Source: Candidatus Fermentithermobacillaceae bacterium (GTDB lineage Bacteria; Bacillota; Sulfobacillia; Fermentithermobacillales; Fermentithermobacillaceae). From it: 64,000 nucleotides of DNA. The stretch lies in the NCBI GenBank assembly GCA_018052475.1, contig JAGPNG010000005.1, positions 11,355 to 75,354 on the forward strand, written 5' to 3'. The notes under the pieces are model-generated. The model did no database searches and had not been told where the DNA came from. It saw only the letters and a program-made list of their open reading frames with translations. The position numbers were made by a program, and so were the translations under genes. Below are positions 60,532 to 64,000 of this stretch, piece after piece (the first letter of the stretch is position 1; every line of letters begins with the position of its first letter).

Positions 60532-61995
60532 TTGAGGGGAGTGGTACTTGTGGGCACAGATTTGCAGTTGGTTCCCGGACAAAAGTGCCATTGGGTGATG
60601 CGTAAGCACGACGGCATGAAAGTGGATGGCATCGTCTTTGCAACCGACGAAATCATCCAAGATCTAACAGGCACCAAAGCCTTATCGCAGGTAAAAAATG
60701 TTGCATACCTGCCGGGGATCCTCAAGGCATCTCTTGCCATGCCTGATATCCACGAAGGCTACGGATTTCCAATTGGGGGCGTCGCGGCGACGGACCTTGA
60801 GGAAGGCGTGATTAGTCCCGGAGGAATAGGGTATGATATCAACTGTGGCGTCCGCCTGATGGTCTCGCATCTATCAAAGCCCAATCTAGATGGTCATATG
60901 GATGATCTGGTGGAAGAGCTTTTTTCATCAATACCATCAGGTTTAGGCAAGACTGGGGCCATAAGACTGTCCAAGGCTGAGCTTTCAAAAGTTCTAACGC
61001 AAGGGGCAAAATGGGCTGTTACTAACGGATATGGATGGCCCGAAGATTTGGAATACTGCGAAGAGAAAGGATGCATGGATGGTGCCGATCCTAAAAACGT
61101 AACTGAGCGCGCGTTTTCTCGCGGCGCAGGGGGATTGGGGACTCTGGGCTCGGGAAACCATTTCATTGAAGTAAGTTACGTTGAACGGATCTATGATGAA
61201 AACGCGGCTGAGGCATTTGGCCTTTTTGAGAATCAAGTCGTCTTCTGGGTACATTCTGGTTCTCGGGGTTTGGGCCACCAAGTCTGTACCGACTATCTAA
61301 ACATAATGAGAAGAGCCGTTTCTAAGTATGGGATCTCCCTTCCCGATAGGCAATTGGATTGTGCGCCAACTATGTCTGATGAAGGGAAACGGTACTTTTC
61401 GGCCATGGCCGCAGCGGCCAATTATGCCTGGGCAAACAGGCAGGTCCTAACTCATTATGTTCGAGAAGCCACAGCTAAGACTTTGGGAAAGAGCGCTGAG
61501 GAATTGGGCATGCACTTAATGTATGATGTAGCTCACAATATTGGTAAGATAGAAGAACATAACATTGACGGAAAGAAGAAAAAGGTGCTTGTGCACCGAA
61601 AAGGGGCTACTCGAGCATTTGGCCCCAACCATCCGGATATCCCTCGCAAATACGCAGAAGTAGGTCAGCCAGTCTTGGTTCCCGGAGATATGGGCAGAGC
61701 TTCTTACGTGCTTAAGGGTTCGAAGAGAGCCATGGAGTTTTCTTTTGGGTCTGCATGCCATGGTGCCGGAAGGGCTCTTTCGAGGACACAAGCGAAAAAA
61801 GGGATTTCGGCTGACGAATTGCGGAAGGACCTTAAGCGTTCGGGTGTCATAGTTAGATCTGCCACGACGAAGGGTTTGGTTGAAGAAGCTCCGGAGGCGT
61901 ACAAAGATGTTGACGTAGTTGTAGAAGCTACGGCTTGCGCAGGTTTGGCGGACAAGGTAGCCCGTCTGCGCCCCATGGGAGTGATCAAAGGATAA
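60532..61995 (+). CDS. rtcB: RNA-splicing ligase RtcB (3'-phosphate/5'-hydroxyl RNA ligase)
   Basis: Metal-binding motifs MPDIHEGYGFPIGGVAA, GSGNHF and HNIG. 487 aa, so no intein. Confidence 0.92.
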   Translation: MRGVVLVGTDLQLVPGQKCHWVMRKHDGMKVDGIVFATDEIIQDLTGTKALSQVKNVAYLPGILKASLAMPDIHEGYGFPIGGVAATDLEEGVISPGGIGYDINCGVRLMVSHLSKPNLDGHMDDLVEELFSSIPSGLGKTGAIRLSKAELSKVLTQGAKWAVTNGYGWPEDLEYCEEKGCMDGADPKNVTERAFSRGAGGLGTLGSGNHFIEVSYVERIYDENAAEAFGLFENQVVFWVHSGSRGLGHQVCTDYLNIMRRAVSKYGISLPDRQLDCAPTMSDEGKRYFSAMAAAANYAWANRQVLTHYVREATAKTLGKSAEELGMHLMYDVAHNIGKIEEHNIDGKKKKVLVHRKGATRAFGPNHPDIPRKYAEVGQPVLVPGDMGRASYVLKGSKRAMEFSFGSACHGAGRALSRTQAKKGISADELRKDLKRSGVIVRSATTKGLVEEAPEAYKDVDVVVEATACAGLADKVARLRPMGVIKG

Positions 61996-62036
61996 CGGCC
62001 GGCACTTAGATACCCGGCAGAAGGAGGAGGTATATT

Positions 62037-62846
62037 GTGATTTGTACAGAAAAAAGAGCTGATATTGGCGTTATCGGCGGAACCGGTTTCTACACTTTTT
62101 TAGATGATGCGGAAGAAGTTCAGGTTGACACTCCGTACGGTTTCACGTCCGATGCAATCTCATTGGGAGTTTTGGCAGGAAAGAAAATTGCGTTCTTACC
62201 GCGACACGGGAAGAAGCACCAGTATCCGCCGCACATGGTAAATTACAGGGCAAATTTGTGGGCACTGAAGAAGCTGGGAGTATCTAGAGTTTTAGGTCCT
62301 TGCGCGGTCGGGAGTTTACAGCCCGACGTGCACCCGGGCGATTTTGTTTTTTGCGATCAATTTGTTGATCGAACCACCGGGAGAAAAGACACTTTCTATG
62401 ACGGACCCAAGACTGTTCACTTGAGTTCGGCGGATCCTTATTGCTCCGAGCTTAGGGAGATAGGAATATGCGCTGCGGAGAAACTGGGTCTACGGTATCA
62501 TCGTGATGGCACTATGGTGGTAATCCAAGGACCGAGATTCTCTACGAGGGCGGAATCTAAGTGGTTTTCATCGATGGGCTGGAAGGTAGTGAACATGACT
62601 GGGTATCCTGAGGTCATGCTGGCGCGGGAACTGGGTATGTGTTACCTGAACCTATCGCTAATAACTGACTACGACGTTGGACTTGAGGGTAGGCCTGACA
62701 TAAAGCCTGTGACTGCAGAAGAAGTTACAAGAGTATTTGAGGAGCATAACGAACTTCTTAAGCGCCTTGTCGCGAAAATCATAGAAGACATTCCTGACAC
62801 AGTTCATTGTTCATGTCATGATGAACTCCAAAAGATAAGAGGTTAA
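62037..62846 (+). CDS. mtnP: S-methyl-5'-thioadenosine phosphorylase (PNP/MTAP family)
   Basis: GVIGGTGFY phosphate-binding N-terminus. GTG start with an AAGGAGGAGG SD. 269 aa. Confidence 0.85.
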   Translation: MICTEKRADIGVIGGTGFYTFLDDAEEVQVDTPYGFTSDAISLGVLAGKKIAFLPRHGKKHQYPPHMVNYRANLWALKKLGVSRVLGPCAVGSLQPDVHPGDFVFCDQFVDRTTGRKDTFYDGPKTVHLSSADPYCSELREIGICAAEKLGLRYHRDGTMVVIQGPRFSTRAESKWFSSMGWKVVNMTGYPEVMLARELGMCYLNLSLITDYDVGLEGRPDIKPVTAEEVTRVFEEHNELLKRLVAKIIEDIPDTVHCSCHDELQKIRG

Positions 62847-62859
62847 GGAGCGCAGAAGG

Positions 62860-63927
62860 ATGATATCTGCAGTCAAATGGGATGATGGGGTCCTATGGTT
62901 ACTGGACCAAAGAGCCATACCGTGGCGTGTAGAGTATGTTAGATGTGCAGACTTTAGGCAGACTGCAAAGGCCATAAGGGACATGGTTGTACGGGGCGCT
63001 CCTGCGATAGGAATAGCCGGAGCGTACGGTATGGCGTTAGCAGCAATCGAGGCAGCCAGTAAATTTGGATCGGAAATGTACGAAGTTAAGACTTTTCTAA
63101 CGGAGGCTGCTCAATGCCTTGTTTTCGCGCGGCCTACCGCTGTGAACTTGCAATGGGCTGTTACCCGTGTACTTCAAAAGACCCTAGACGCTATGAATGC
63201 ACAAGGGTTAGAAAGCATAGTAGAATGTTCAGCCCTGGAGGCAGCAGCAATACATAGTGAAGACATAGAGATGAATCATAGGATCGGCCAAAATGGCTCG
63301 GGTTTGATAAAAGATGGATCAAGAGTACTTACTCACTGTAATGCCGGTGCTCTGGCTACAGGTGGTTGGGGTACTGCGTTGGGAATAGTTAGACAGGCCT
63401 GGTGTGACGGAAAGATAGCGAAAGTCTACGCAGATGAAACCCGTCCCTTTCTTCAGGGGGCCCGACTTACAGCATGGGAACTTGAGCAAGATGGCATAGA
63501 CGTGACGGTTCTTTGTGATAGCGCAGCAGGCTACCTTATGAAACTAGGTATGATAGATGCTGTTATAGTAGGTGCGGATAGAATAGCGTCAAATGGCGAT
63601 GTAGCAAACAAAATAGGCACTTACTCGTTGGCGTGCTTATGCAGTCACCACCGCATTCCTATATATGTTGCCGCTCCTACTTCTACTTTCGATCTGTCTA
63701 TAGCAGATGGCGACCGGATACCGATTGAGTACAGGGACGAAAAAGAAGTTTTGGAGTTTATGGGGAAGCGCGTGGCTCCTCATGGCACTACTGCTTTCAA
63801 CCCATCTTTTGATGTGACTCCGAATACGATGATCTCTGCAATCGTAACCGAGATTGGAGTCATATTTCCGCCCTATAGAGAGAATATCGAAAGCGTGATC
63901 TCAGAGGCGCGTATCCATGGGGCATAG
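62860..63927 (+). CDS. mtnA: methylthioribose-1-phosphate isomerase (eIF-2B alpha/beta/delta family)
   Basis: GAPAIGIAGAYGMALAA N-terminus, catalytic-region Cys (HCNAGALAT) and Asp (GADRIASNGD). 355 aa. Confidence 0.88.
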   Translation: MISAVKWDDGVLWLLDQRAIPWRVEYVRCADFRQTAKAIRDMVVRGAPAIGIAGAYGMALAAIEAASKFGSEMYEVKTFLTEAAQCLVFARPTAVNLQWAVTRVLQKTLDAMNAQGLESIVECSALEAAAIHSEDIEMNHRIGQNGSGLIKDGSRVLTHCNAGALATGGWGTALGIVRQAWCDGKIAKVYADETRPFLQGARLTAWELEQDGIDVTVLCDSAAGYLMKLGMIDAVIVGADRIASNGDVANKIGTYSLACLCSHHRIPIYVAAPTSTFDLSIADGDRIPIEYRDEKEVLEFMGKRVAPHGTTAFNPSFDVTPNTMISAIVTEIGVIFPPYRENIESVISEARIHGA

Positions 63928-64000
63928 GAGGTAGCGGGACGGAGTGGATGAAACTGTTGAGGTGGCGACAAGGTTCATTGATTCAGGATGGCGCATAACG

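Overview
This 64-kb window is the chromosomal replication-origin region of a Firmicutes-type genome, Clostridia-like and probably an endospore former, with roughly 50% GC. The gene order is the classic one, (-) parB-parA-rsmG-mnmG-mnmE-jag-yidC-yidD-rnpA-rpmH | oriC | (+) dnaA-dnaN-recF-DUF721-gyrB-gyrA, and DnaA boxes lie on both sides of dnaA. Downstream of gyrA come an archease-rtcB pair and the methionine-salvage genes mtnP and mtnA. Going leftward there are the blocks rpsF-ssb-rpsR-yybS-rplI-lonC-dnaB and tadA-[tRNAs]-SRP RNA-dnaX-ybaB-recR. Left of those are four tightly packed hypothetical membrane-protein genes, a SCIFF-type Cys-rich peptide with its radical SAM/SPASM maturase, a LysM/M23 peptidase, murA, and a tandem-ATPase ABC uptake operon. 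At the left end are an HtrA protease, PBP1A, and a RAYT transposase flanked by REP hairpin repeats and sitting directly upstream of speE-speB-argS. The first gene is a PAS/sigma-54 enhancer-binding regulator. Features absent from the ORF track are a 271-nt-type SRP RNA, six tRNAs (four Ser isoacceptors and two Arg), rpmH (44 aa), the 51-aa SCIFF precursor, four copies of a 30-nt REP element and several terminators. The most notable anomalies are an archease whose conserved N-terminus has no in-frame start (a G4 run displaces a well-placed ATG by one nucleotide, and the gene is in frame with gyrA across a single TGA), an unusually long DUF721 protein with a zinc ribbon, and a conserved-looking but uncharacterised four-gene membrane operon.
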